Source: an uncultured Sutterella sp. (GTDB taxonomy: Bacteria; Pseudomonadota; Gammaproteobacteria; Burkholderiales; Burkholderiaceae_F). Taken from it: DNA of 64,000 nucleotides. Below are positions 41,142-50,564 of the stretch, in pieces. The stretch covers positions 1,971-65,970 of the forward strand of contig CAJJRX010000005.1 of the NCBI GenBank assembly GCA_905194315.1, written 5' to 3'. Position numbers and translations under genes: made by a program. The notes below the pieces were generated by a model, which was not told where the DNA came from, did no database searches, and saw nothing but the letters and a program-made list of their open reading frames with translations. Numbering within the stretch: the stretch's first letter is position 1; every line of letters starts with the position of its first letter.

Positions 41142-41187
41142 GAGCGTTATCCTGACCGGAGCGGTGTGCCTTGCGGCACACCTTTTT

Positions 41188-42228
41188 TTACGCGGCTAGC
41201 GCGCTTCCGAAGTACTCCTCTGCAATCCGGTCAAGTCCGGCAGCGATCTTAGGAAAGCTGCAGTTCAGATCCAGTGTCCTCACACTGATCGTGTTACCGC
41301 TCATCGAATATTTCTGGTCTGGCTGCTGATCCTCTGTGGTTCTGGCGTAAAGCAGCATGCCGTCAATCTTAGCGGTGCTGTCACATGCCGCTTTGTTTTT
41401 CACATAGGTGAAAATCTGATAGAGATTTCCCGAGTGCAGTGTGTGCTTCCCCCACCGCTCCTGCATGGTATGCGAGTAGTACTTGGCATCGATAATCAGG
41501 ATTCTGTCAGCCAGGGAGAGCGTGACGTCGGTTTGCATAATCGGAAGCATCTCGCTGCTGTCGTTATCAAGCGCCCAGGAAATCTGTGAGGCTCGGGCAT
41601 TGAGGTGCGGAAACTCTCTGCGGAAGTACTCCAGGATAAATTTTTCGTAGAGCCGGGACATGTTCTGCTCGTCGAAAAAATCCATGAGCCGTTTCGAACC
41701 GTCCATCTGAGTCTGGAGAAGACTGTTGAGGACAAGGTAGCAGACAGCGATGAGCAGGCGGTAGGTCTGGTTGTTACGGTTGTACCGCAGATTCCAGCGA
41801 ATGCGGCTCGGTTTGAGCAGCTGAACGTCGCCGAAAAACATCAGCAGTTTCCGTATTGCCTTTTTTCGGGACCTTGCAATATCCGTAGCAAGCAGCTGTG
41901 TCATGGCCGTTTTCAGAATCCTGTTGGTGTAGGAATCAACGGAGAATTCGTCAAACGAACAGACAAGCTGCTTTTTAGGCAGACTGCCGGTTTTGATCGA
42001 GTCCGAGAGATGCAGACGGCCGCGCGGTGAGGAGAGCGCTTCAGTGCGCTCAATATAGTCGTGATGCAGACCGCGCTTAAGCTGACCGGAAATACCGGTG
42101 ATCAGAATTGCGGCGCACAGATCAGCGACATTATCGAACTGCTCAGTCGCAAGATGTCTGAAGTCCTTCACATCGAGTGCCTTAAAGGCATAGGCGAGCA
42201 TGTAATAGATATTCTGAACCGGTATCAC
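41188..42228 (-). CDS. mcrC: McrC-family restriction endonuclease subunit
   Basis: Motifs IPVQNIYYMLAYA, NRILK, LYEKFI, nuclease motif TDVTL...IIDAKYY and LYQIFTY; overlaps the mcrB stop. Confidence 0.92.
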   Translation of the reverse strand: MIPVQNIYYMLAYAFKALDVKDFRHLATEQFDNVADLCAAILITGISGQLKRGLHHDYIERTEALSSPRGRLHLSDSIKTGSLPKKQLVCSFDEFSVDSYTNRILKTAMTQLLATDIARSRKKAIRKLLMFFGDVQLLKPSRIRWNLRYNRNNQTYRLLIAVCYLVLNSLLQTQMDGSKRLMDFFDEQNMSRLYEKFILEYFRREFPHLNARASQISWALDNDSSEMLPIMQTDVTLSLADRILIIDAKYYSHTMQERWGKHTLHSGNLYQIFTYVKNKAACDSTAKIDGMLLYARTTEDQQPDQKYSMSGNTISVRTLDLNCSFPKIAAGLDRIAEEYFGSALAA

Positions 42229-44387
42229 TTGATGGTCAGCCTCAGTTTGTCAGACCAGTCCCTGACGCGGTCCGGTTCGTCGAACCAGTATTCCTTCAGC
42301 AGCGGGATGAGTTCAAATTCCACGATATTGGAGAGGGTCTCCTTTTTTGCATCCTCGAGGTTGCAGAAGAAGCTGTGGCCGATACAGAATCCGTCTCCGA
42401 GTGAGTCGTCGGTTGCAATGGCCTCATTGAGAGTTTTTACAACGTCAATGAGCCGGTTGAATTGTGCGCTCTCAAGCTGTGCCTGATAGGCCTTAAAGCC
42501 ATCAGACTCAAAACCGGGCTTTAGCTCATAGAAGGCAAAACGTCTGCGCAGAGCGTAGTCAAGCATTGCCAGGCTGCGGTCTGCAGTATTCATCATGCCA
42601 ATGAGGTGCACATTTTCAGGAACAGAAAACTTTTCGCCGGAGTAAAGCAACTGAAGTTCTGCACCGCGTTTGTCGTTTTCAATCAGCATGAAGAGCTCAC
42701 CGAAGATTTTGCTCAGGTTGCCGCGGTTAATTTCGTCGATGATAAAGAAATACTCGTTGTCGCTGTCGATCTCTGCGGCTTTGCAGAAGTTGTAGAAAAC
42801 GCCGTGTCGAAGCTCAAAACCGCTTGCCGACGGTCGAAAACCCATGACAAAGTCCTCGTACGAGTAACTCTGGTGGAACTGTACCATTTTGACACGGTTG
42901 GGATCTTTTACCCCCATCATGGAATACGCCAGACGTTTGGCGACAAAGGTCTTGCCGACCCCCGGCGCACCCTGAAGAATGACATTCCTTTTTCTCCGGA
43001 CGAGTGAGACCAGTGTATGGTAACTGCCCACGGACATAAACACGTCGCTGAGAAAATCCTCCTCACAGTAGGGAGGATATTGAATGTCCGGATCATCAGC
43101 GTCTTCAACAGCGTCACTTTCAAACAGGGCGTTGAGCTTTTCAACATAATCGGTATAGGCAGTGATATCCGTCAGCGTTTTCATGACTGCCTGTCCGGGG
43201 TGTTCCCACTCGCCTTTATCAGTCCAGTTTACTGTTCTGACATTCTGATATTCCTGCCGTTCTGGGTCGAACCTGTAATCAGACTCCACCACACCACGTC
43301 CGATGATAAGGTGCTTTCCTTTTTTCGCAAACACAATATCACCGGGTTTCATTTCGTTGGCGAATTGCCAGGTCGCATGTGCACCGTTTTTAAAAGACCC
43401 GGAAGGGTCAATCAATTTTTTCATTGCCTGTTTCATTGCGCCTTTGCTGCTGTATTGGCGAAGATCTCCGATCGGGTCCCAGGCAATGGCAATGATGCCG
43501 TTCTCACAGCACTCATCCCAAATCGCCGCCTGATTGCCGGGAGAGTAAAGCCAGTAGTGGGGGGCATTGACATCCTCATCGGCAAGCGCAGTATTTTTCG
43601 CCTGTTGAGATTCCTGCGACCGGAGTTCCTGATTTATCTTCTCCGAATAGCGTAATGCTTCAGCACAAAGCGTTTTGAAACTGTTCGGCGGAGTGGTGCG
43701 GCTGTGCAGGTAAGCGCGCAGTTTCTCAATAATCTCAAAATACAGGGAGGAGTGTATTTTGTTTTTTACCTTCGGCAAGGTGTCGGTGAACTCCTCGGGA
43801 AGCTGCCCGGACTCGTAGATGTACCAGACGCTGCGCTGATCCAGGCTGAGGAACGTCTCAGGTGCCACCCAGTAGAGTGCCATCGTGATTTTGCTGTTGC
43901 CATTCCATTTTTTGTTGATGGCCAGATCGAAGAGCTCGCTCAGTGTTTTGCGGTTTTGGTCTGTTGCGTTGCCAGCAAAGGCCAGAGCTGCCTCAAGCAG
44001 CGACCACAGCTCATCGATATCACCGTTTTTGCGTTCTCCCGTAAAACTGTAGAAAGTCGCATTCAGGTTGTTGACGAAAGGAACACCGTCAAATGAGTCC
44101 GGAACAGGCGTAGAAAGGGTAAAAGCCTTTGTGGCTACAGAAAGAAGCTTTCGGCGGTTAATCTCTTTAAGTGAGGTTTTGTTGAACAGAGCCAATACCG
44201 TAAACGGATCTATATCGGTGAGCTGATTACCGCGGTCAAGAGTCGGCAGATCGATATCTGTTTCCTGGTAGATGCCACGTATTTTTGCAATCAGTTCCGG
44301 GCGTTTGTCTCTGTAGTGCAGCAGTTTTTCTGCGAACTCTCTGAAAAAACCTTCCCACTTAAACTGGTCATTGGCTTCTGTCGGCAA
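42225..44387 (-). CDS. mcrB: McrB-family AAA+ GTPase with extended N-terminal region
   Basis: Walker A GAPGVGKT, QFHQSYSYEDF, IIDEINRGN and MNTADRSLA...ALRRRF. TTG start with GAGGTG RBS. Confidence 0.92.
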   Translation of the reverse strand: MPTEANDQFKWEGFFREFAEKLLHYRDKRPELIAKIRGIYQETDIDLPTLDRGNQLTDIDPFTVLALFNKTSLKEINRRKLLSVATKAFTLSTPVPDSFDGVPFVNNLNATFYSFTGERKNGDIDELWSLLEAALAFAGNATDQNRKTLSELFDLAINKKWNGNSKITMALYWVAPETFLSLDQRSVWYIYESGQLPEEFTDTLPKVKNKIHSSLYFEIIEKLRAYLHSRTTPPNSFKTLCAEALRYSEKINQELRSQESQQAKNTALADEDVNAPHYWLYSPGNQAAIWDECCENGIIAIAWDPIGDLRQYSSKGAMKQAMKKLIDPSGSFKNGAHATWQFANEMKPGDIVFAKKGKHLIIGRGVVESDYRFDPERQEYQNVRTVNWTDKGEWEHPGQAVMKTLTDITAYTDYVEKLNALFESDAVEDADDPDIQYPPYCEEDFLSDVFMSVGSYHTLVSLVRRKRNVILQGAPGVGKTFVAKRLAYSMMGVKDPNRVKMVQFHQSYSYEDFVMGFRPSASGFELRHGVFYNFCKAAEIDSDNEYFFIIDEINRGNLSKIFGELFMLIENDKRGAELQLLYSGEKFSVPENVHLIGMMNTADRSLAMLDYALRRRFAFYELKPGFESDGFKAYQAQLESAQFNRLIDVVKTLNEAIATDDSLGDGFCIGHSFFCNLEDAKKETLSNIVEFELIPLLKEYWFDEPDRVRDWSDKLRLTIK

Positions 44388-44530
44388 AATACACCTCGTC
44401 TGTATCTGTGTTCGTGAAGCTGCCCGCAGACAGGATCGTGCGGACAGTGTTCACCGGAGATATAACCAATATACCTTGTTGCGTCGGCATTTTCTATCGC
44501 AGCGGCAAAGTTGCGGGCGTTTTCGCTCCG

Positions 44531-45901
44531 TTAGGCCTGTTTCAGAAAGAGACCGACCGTTTCCACATGAGCAGTGTCCGGGAAGAGGTCAAAGGTTCTC
44601 ACTGAGGACAGCTGAAACCCGAGGCCGGTGAGCGCTTTTGCGTCCCTGGCAAACGTTTTCGGGTTGCAGCTCACGTAAACCAGCCTGGACGGCTTGAGCG
44701 CGCTGAGCATTGCCGGCACACTTTCGTGCATTCCCTTATAGGCCGGATCGACAATCACTTTTTCACACCGCAGCCCGCGCACGAGCAGTGACGGGAGAAC
44801 ATTTTCGACAGGACCGGCATAAAAATCCGTATTAGTGACACCGTTACGTGCAGCATTGCTTTCTGCGGCATCTATACTTGCCCCGACAATATCGATTCCG
44901 ACCGCTCTCCTGGCGGATCGTGCACTCATCAGCGTCATGGTGCCGATCCCGCAGTAGAGATCGAGCACGGTGTCGTCCCTGCCGATCTCTGCCAGCGAGA
45001 CGGCATACCCGTAGAGCTTTAGCATCTGCTCGCGGTGAATCTGCAGGAAAGTGGTGGCACCAACCTCAAAAATGCTCCCGCCGATTTCGGTTTCAATTCT
45101 CGCCGCCGGGGTAAGAGAGATTTCCCGCTCTCCGAGGAGCGCATTACCGCGGGCGGTATGTTCGTTGAGAGTGACAACCTCAACGCCCAGAGGGGCGAGC
45201 ATGCCGGTGAGCGGCCGGAAGATTTCGGTGTACTGAGCAGCCGGCGCGTTGAGCGAGAGCGTGACCAGACAGTGCCTGCCGTCAGGGGTGAGCCCCTCAC
45301 GCATCACGAGGCTGCGTACGAGTCCGCTGTGAGTGAGTTCGTCATAGGCACTCAGATCTGTTGTCTCGAGAAAGGCGGCAATCCGTCCCGCTGCTTCGTT
45401 CATCCATTCGGGCAGCGCCTGGCAGGCAGTGATGGCGACCTTGCTGTGCGAGCCTGCCGCATAAAGTGCCCACTGCCAGTGCCCGTCAGTGTTGAGCGGA
45501 TAAAACGCCGCTTTGGAGCGGTAGTGTGTAAGGGTGTCCGCACGGACATGTTCAAAAGCAGGAACACTCAGACCGTAAGCGGCAAGCGCATCGGTGAGCA
45601 GGGCTCTTTTCAGTTCCTCCTGCGCCTCAGCGTTGAGCATGCCCCAGGGGCAGCCCCCGCAGATTTCCCGGTTTTCTTCCGGCAGCAGATAGGGGCAGTG
45701 CGTTTCGCGCCGCAGTACTGAAGGGGTGAGGATCTCGAGCAGTCTTGCGTGGTGCTTTTTCTGTGCCGGGGCAATACGCACCCGGTCACCGGGCACGGCG
45801 CCGAGAATACACAATGCGCTACCGTTCTCCCCGGCGGCACCAATGCCGTCAGGGGTGAACCGGGTCACATCAGAAACTTCGTTTGTAAGGGAGTCTGCCA
45901 T
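44531..45901 (-). CDS. rlmD: 23S rRNA m5U1939 methyltransferase (RlmD/RumA)
   Basis: TRAM-like N-terminus, Fe-S motif C...CGGC, FLQ, LDLYCGIG, YVSCNP and FDLFPDTAHVE. Confidence 0.9.
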   Translation of the reverse strand: MADSLTNEVSDVTRFTPDGIGAAGENGSALCILGAVPGDRVRIAPAQKKHHARLLEILTPSVLRRETHCPYLLPEENREICGGCPWGMLNAEAQEELKRALLTDALAAYGLSVPAFEHVRADTLTHYRSKAAFYPLNTDGHWQWALYAAGSHSKVAITACQALPEWMNEAAGRIAAFLETTDLSAYDELTHSGLVRSLVMREGLTPDGRHCLVTLSLNAPAAQYTEIFRPLTGMLAPLGVEVVTLNEHTARGNALLGEREISLTPAARIETEIGGSIFEVGATTFLQIHREQMLKLYGYAVSLAEIGRDDTVLDLYCGIGTMTLMSARSARRAVGIDIVGASIDAAESNAARNGVTNTDFYAGPVENVLPSLLVRGLRCEKVIVDPAYKGMHESVPAMLSALKPSRLVYVSCNPKTFARDAKALTGLGFQLSSVRTFDLFPDTAHVETVGLFLKQA

Positions 45902-46040
45902 TAGTCTGCTGCGAAAAAGGAGGAAATGGCATTTATTGTACCTGTACAACCTGCTGATAGTGTCTGATGTGCACACAAAATGTTGGAAGGACAGTTTTTT
46001 TGAAAAATCGTATTGTCTGGTACAAATAAATTAGGGAGAA

Positions 46041-46385
46041 CTAATTTCTGTTACCGCGCATACCTGCTAAATGCAACCCGCCTATAAACACAAAAACGAG
46101 AATAGTAATACCTAAGGCAGTTGTCCAGTCTTCAACATTTTCTTTTGATACACCCCAGGCCAGGAAAGTCCAGGCGGCTGTAAAGAAAATAGCAAAAAGA
46201 CCTCGTACGTATGGGAGCATCATCAGGATTCCCAGTACGATGAATGTCACAACGCCCCAGATAAAGCCATAGGACGCCCCAGTTATAAGGCAAATGAGCA
46301 ATATCTCAAGTCCCCACAGTCTGTAAGACATTCTCTCAGCCTGATACTCGTGCAAGCCTCTTTTTATTTCATCAATGGTACTCAT
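46041..46385 (-). CDS. Hypothetical small membrane protein, AT-rich
   Basis: About 114 aa with 3-4 hydrophobic segments; visibly lower GC than its neighbours. Confidence 0.65.
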   Translation of the reverse strand: MSTIDEIKRGLHEYQAERMSYRLWGLEILLICLITGASYGFIWGVVTFIVLGILMMLPYVRGLFAIFFTAAWTFLAWGVSKENVEDWTTALGITILVFVFIGGLHLAGMRGNRN

Positions 46386-46758
46386 TTTTTTCAAAGTATA
46401 AAAAGTAATAGAAATCACATCTCAATGTTTATGAGAATTGCCTTTATTGAGTGTAACTGAAATATGACGTGAAATAAAAATAAAATGAAATGGCTGACTT
46501 AACCTATTTTGCAGTGAAAGACAGTAGAAAAGCCTAAAAATTTAATTTCTCATAAAGAAATTTTAAACAAAAAAAGGCAGCCGCAATGTACGAGACATTA
46601 CGGCTGCCCAGCTTTACCCAATTAGCTTCTTTTTTTAACCGGCGGTGAGCACTTCAGCATCCTCAGGCACTGCTGGCTTTGAGGATTTTTCCGTGTTCTG
46701 CCGGCTTTTCACCGGTGAAAGCCTGACACCGTTGAAACTGGTTTCGACACTGAAGATA

Positions 46759-47649
46759 TCAGGCGGTAATCACTTCGCCGTCTTCAGGAATCAGTGCGCG
46801 GGCGGGATCGAGCTTGCTTGCCTTGGCAAGCCAGCGAAGATCGGCACGCTTGAGCACGCAGTGGTTAATGGCATCCATATGCACTGCGATGATCTTGGCC
46901 TGGGGGGCTTCCTGATAGGCGCGCAGGAAGTCCTGGCTGCCCATGATGATGGATTCGGGGAAGGCCGTCATCATGGCGTTGCCGGTGTTGAGCACCACCA
47001 CATCAGGCTTGTGTTCGCGAAGCTGTTCGCTCACGAAGTCCTTCCAGATCGTGTCACCGACCACATACACGGAACGCTCGCCCTGAGCCTGCAGCAGAAT
47101 GCCCATGGTGGTGCCGAGAAGCGGAACGGCCTTGAGCAGTTCCTCCGTGCCGTGCTGGCTCTTCATCGGGGAGAGCTTGACACCCTTGAACATCATGGGC
47201 TTATCGAGAACGGTCACGTTCTTGAAGCCGGCTTCGGAAACAACCTTTTTGGCGAGGTCGTCATTGACGAAAATCGGCATGGACTTGTCAATCAGACGGC
47301 GGGCGGCTTCGTCCCAGTGGTCTTCATGCGTGTGCGTGAGCAGCACGGCAGAGACGCCTTCGAGAACTTTTTCTGCGCTAAACGGCAGCTCACGCATCGG
47401 ATTGCGCGTCTGGCTGTTCACCGTTCCTTCAAATCCGGGCCAGGCATCCTTCTTGGAGAGCATCGGGTCCACAAGGAAGGTCGTGCCGGCAATGCGCACA
47501 CGCAGGGTGGCGCTGCGGATAAGCTGGACGGACGTGCCTTTTTCAGGCAGCGCAGGAACCATGGCATTTTTGGCAAAAGCACCGGGCACGCTCATCATGG
47601 CACCGGCACCGATCATGGCTTCAAACAAACGACGACGGGTCGTATTCAT
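46759..47649 (-). CDS. Metallo-beta-lactamase-fold hydrolase with Tat-like signal
   Basis: HxHxDH motif (THTHEDHWD), LVDPML, GDT and AVHMDAINH; N-terminal TRRRLF. Confidence 0.88.
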   Translation of the reverse strand: MNTTRRRLFEAMIGAGAMMSVPGAFAKNAMVPALPEKGTSVQLIRSATLRVRIAGTTFLVDPMLSKKDAWPGFEGTVNSQTRNPMRELPFSAEKVLEGVSAVLLTHTHEDHWDEAARRLIDKSMPIFVNDDLAKKVVSEAGFKNVTVLDKPMMFKGVKLSPMKSQHGTEELLKAVPLLGTTMGILLQAQGERSVYVVGDTIWKDFVSEQLREHKPDVVVLNTGNAMMTAFPESIIMGSQDFLRAYQEAPQAKIIAVHMDAINHCVLKRADLRWLAKASKLDPARALIPEDGEVITA

Positions 47650-47771
47650 TTTTTTTAAACCTCAAAATCTGTTGTGATGGTGTCATTGTAGGGAGTGCAC
47701 AAAACCTGCCGTGAGAGGTAAAATTGACATATATCGATGAATTTTTGCCAACTTTTTACCTCGTTTTTCCG

Positions 47772-48746
47772 ATGTCCAATACCACCCCCAGTGTTGCAAT
47801 CGTTCTGACGCCGCAGATCAGTCCTTTTCTTCTCGCCGTTCCGCGGATGATTCTCTGTGATCTTCCGCAGCCGCAGCACCGCTTGAGACCGATACTCTGT
47901 GCGGAAAAACCGGGCGAGGTGCTTTTTGAAGGCGGGCTGTATGCGCAGGCTGAAGCGGATTTCAGCGCGTTTGAAGAGGCGGATATGGTGATCGTGCCGC
48001 ACTGGCACGATATCGTCGAGCCGCCGAGCGAAGCGCTCAGCCGGGCTCTGAGAGAGGCCTACGCCCGTCTGACGCCGATTGTCGGACTGTGCCGTGGCGC
48101 TTTTGCCATTGCCTATGCCGGGCTGCTTGACGGTAAGCGAGCGACCGCTCACTGGATGGATGCGGAGTTTTTCCAGAAAACCTTTCCTCAGGTGCATCTT
48201 GAGCCCAGCCATCTTTATGTTACTGACGGACTGATTACCACCTCGGCCGGTATTGCCGCCGGAATGGACTGCTGCCTGCATGTGCTGCGCTCCCGCGCCG
48301 GGGCGCATGTGGCCAACGAAGTTGCCCGTCTTATGGTGGCGCCGCCTTTTCGTGACGGCGGGCAGGCGCAGTTTGTGAGCACGACTGTGCCGCTTACCAC
48401 CCGGGATCAGCGCATCAATGAGGCACTCGATGAGGTGAGCAGAAATTTCGCTCAGCAGGATCCGTTTGCAGGCCTTCCGGAGCGACTCGGAATGAGCACC
48501 CGCACGTTTTACCGTGTGTTTGAAAAGGCAACCGGCCTGACGCCATCACGCTGGCTGATGCGACTGAGGCTCAAACACTCTCAGGACCTCCTGGAAACTC
48601 AGTCGCTTTCGATTGAGCGTATTGCAGAGCTCTGCGGTTTTGCCTCTCCGATCACTTTCCGTCAGCGCTTCAAGGCGGAGTTCGGGGTATCCCCCTCGCA
48701 GTGGCGCCATGCGTTCAGCTCGGACGACAGACCGGGCATGTCTTAA
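47772..48746 (+). CDS. GlxA-family transcription regulator (DJ-1/PfpI domain plus AraC HTH)
   Basis: Motifs GLCRGAF, AGLLDGKRAT.HW, TSAG..AGMD, RDGGQAQF and an AraC HTH. Confidence 0.92.
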   Translation: MSNTTPSVAIVLTPQISPFLLAVPRMILCDLPQPQHRLRPILCAEKPGEVLFEGGLYAQAEADFSAFEEADMVIVPHWHDIVEPPSEALSRALREAYARLTPIVGLCRGAFAIAYAGLLDGKRATAHWMDAEFFQKTFPQVHLEPSHLYVTDGLITTSAGIAAGMDCCLHVLRSRAGAHVANEVARLMVAPPFRDGGQAQFVSTTVPLTTRDQRINEALDEVSRNFAQQDPFAGLPERLGMSTRTFYRVFEKATGLTPSRWLMRLRLKHSQDLLETQSLSIERIAELCGFASPITFRQRFKAEFGVSPSQWRHAFSSDDRPGMS

Positions 48747-48761
48747 GGTGTGCCGGGAAGG

Positions 48762-49106
48762 TCAGGACAGGTACAGAACGCGAGTGGCGATGAGCGCCAC
48801 CGCGCCGGCCACGGGTGCAGCCAGTGTGAGAAAAATGCGCCGGCGAAGCGGTGCACTCTTCGGAAACGCTCTGAAGAGCGTGAACGCGATGAGAGCGATG
48901 CCCAGTGCGGCGAGCACCAGGATAAAAGCGGCGGCCGGCAGCAGGTAGCTAAGCAGCGCGGTAAGCGTCCCGCCCCCTTCGGAGAACAGCCCGAAGAGTG
49001 CGGCAACGAGCATAACCGCAGCCGCTGCGCCGGTCCATACACCGGCATGCGCCCGCCATTCGTAGGCGAGTGTTTCAGTGAAAAGGTCTTCAGGAAGTTT
49101 CTTCAT
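48762..49106 (-). CDS. Hypothetical membrane protein
   Basis: Three hydrophobic segments; follows the last NSS gene on the same strand. Confidence 0.55.
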   Translation of the reverse strand: MKKLPEDLFTETLAYEWRAHAGVWTGAAAAVMLVAALFGLFSEGGGTLTALLSYLLPAAAFILVLAALGIALIAFTLFRAFPKSAPLRRRIFLTLAAPVAGAVALIATRVLYLS

Positions 49107-49161
49107 GCCATGAGGAAAAACCGTCAGCAGAATGCCTGCTGACGGTTTTGCGCTGTCCGGT

Positions 49162-50490
49162 TTAGAGACTGCCGAGCGCGACAGCCACCACAAAGAGGGG
49201 ACTGACCACACCGAGCATGATGCGGATGAGCCGCAGACGGGATTCGGTCATGTTCCGGCCGGTGAGCAGCTCCTGACGGGTGGCCGGCCAGGCAACCCAG
49301 GCCGCCGCAATGGCTATGCCGAAAGTCGACAGCGGCATACCGACGTTACTGGTGACGTAGTCAAGGCAGTCAAACACGGTCTTGCCGAAGAACTTCACAT
49401 CAGCCCAGGCGCCAAAGGAGAGGTTGGCACACAGACCGACAATGGCGCAGCCCGTGATCACAAGCACGATCGCCACGGTGCGGCCGATATTGAACTGACG
49501 GGTGATCATCGCCACGCAGGCTTCGAGCATGGACATGGAGCTTGTGAGCGCTGCCACCACCAGACAAGCGTAAAAGATCACAGCGAATCCGTGACCGAAA
49601 GGCATTTGCGCAAAAATTGCAGGCATCGTCACAAAGGTAAGCCCCGGTCCGGCGCTCGGGTCAACGCCGAACGCAAACACGGCCGGCATGATCATCAGGC
49701 CGCCGAGAATGGCTGCCATAATGGCAAGCAGCGCCACCCAGAAAACCGAGTTCGGCAGGTCCGCCTTCGGGTCGAGGTAGGAGCCGTAGGTGATCATAGT
49801 GCCCGCCCCCAGCGAGAGCGAGAAAAAGCAGAAACCCATCGCATTGAAAAGCGCCGAGGCGTTAAAGTCGGACCAGCGCGGCAGGAAGAGGAATTCCACC
49901 CCCTTCATGGCACCCGGGAGCGTGACGCCGCGCACAATCAGAATGAGCATCAGGATAAAGAGCGCGGGCATGAGGAATTTGGCCACATTCTCAATGCCTG
50001 ACTCGATACCGCCGAGCACCACAACGGCGGTCACGGCAAGAAAGGCGAGCAGGTAGCAGTAGCTCACCGTGCCGTCAGAGACAAAGCCGCCGAAGAACTG
50101 CCCGAGCAGTTCGGGGTTGCTGATGAGTCCGTCACCGGTGATCGCATCGATGAGGTACTTGATGGTCCAGCCGCCCACACAGGCATAAAAGGAGAGAATC
50201 AGAAAGACGGTGAACACCCCGACGGCGCCGAAAAAGCCCCAGCCGCGGCCGCACACGCGGCGCAGACTTTCCACCGGACCGGCTCGCCCGGCGCGGCCCA
50301 TGGCAAATTCGGCAATAAGCAGTGACACCCCGACGGTGAGGGTAAAGAAAATATAGGGCAGCATGAAAATAGAGCCGCCGTTGGTGCCGGCCATATACGG
50401 GAATTTCCAGATTGCCCCGAGTCCGACTGCGCTGCCGGCGCTGGCAAGAATGAAGCCGATTCTCGAGCCCCAGCCCGATGAGGTAGACAT
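49162..50490 (-). CDS. Sodium-dependent transporter, NSS/SNF family
   Basis: Motifs GFILASAGSAVGLGAIWKFPY, FFSLSLG and GPGLTF. Confidence 0.95.
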   Translation of the reverse strand: MSTSSGWGSRIGFILASAGSAVGLGAIWKFPYMAGTNGGSIFMLPYIFFTLTVGVSLLIAEFAMGRAGRAGPVESLRRVCGRGWGFFGAVGVFTVFLILSFYACVGGWTIKYLIDAITGDGLISNPELLGQFFGGFVSDGTVSYCYLLAFLAVTAVVVLGGIESGIENVAKFLMPALFILMLILIVRGVTLPGAMKGVEFLFLPRWSDFNASALFNAMGFCFFSLSLGAGTMITYGSYLDPKADLPNSVFWVALLAIMAAILGGLMIMPAVFAFGVDPSAGPGLTFVTMPAIFAQMPFGHGFAVIFYACLVVAALTSSMSMLEACVAMITRQFNIGRTVAIVLVITGCAIVGLCANLSFGAWADVKFFGKTVFDCLDYVTSNVGMPLSTFGIAIAAAWVAWPATRQELLTGRNMTESRLRLIRIMLGVVSPLFVVAVALGSL

Positions 50491-50564
50491 AGCTTGAGTC
50501 CTTATTGTGTCTTTTGATTGGTGGTGAGGCGGTTACATTTCAGTAACCGTCTCCGTATTGTAGT

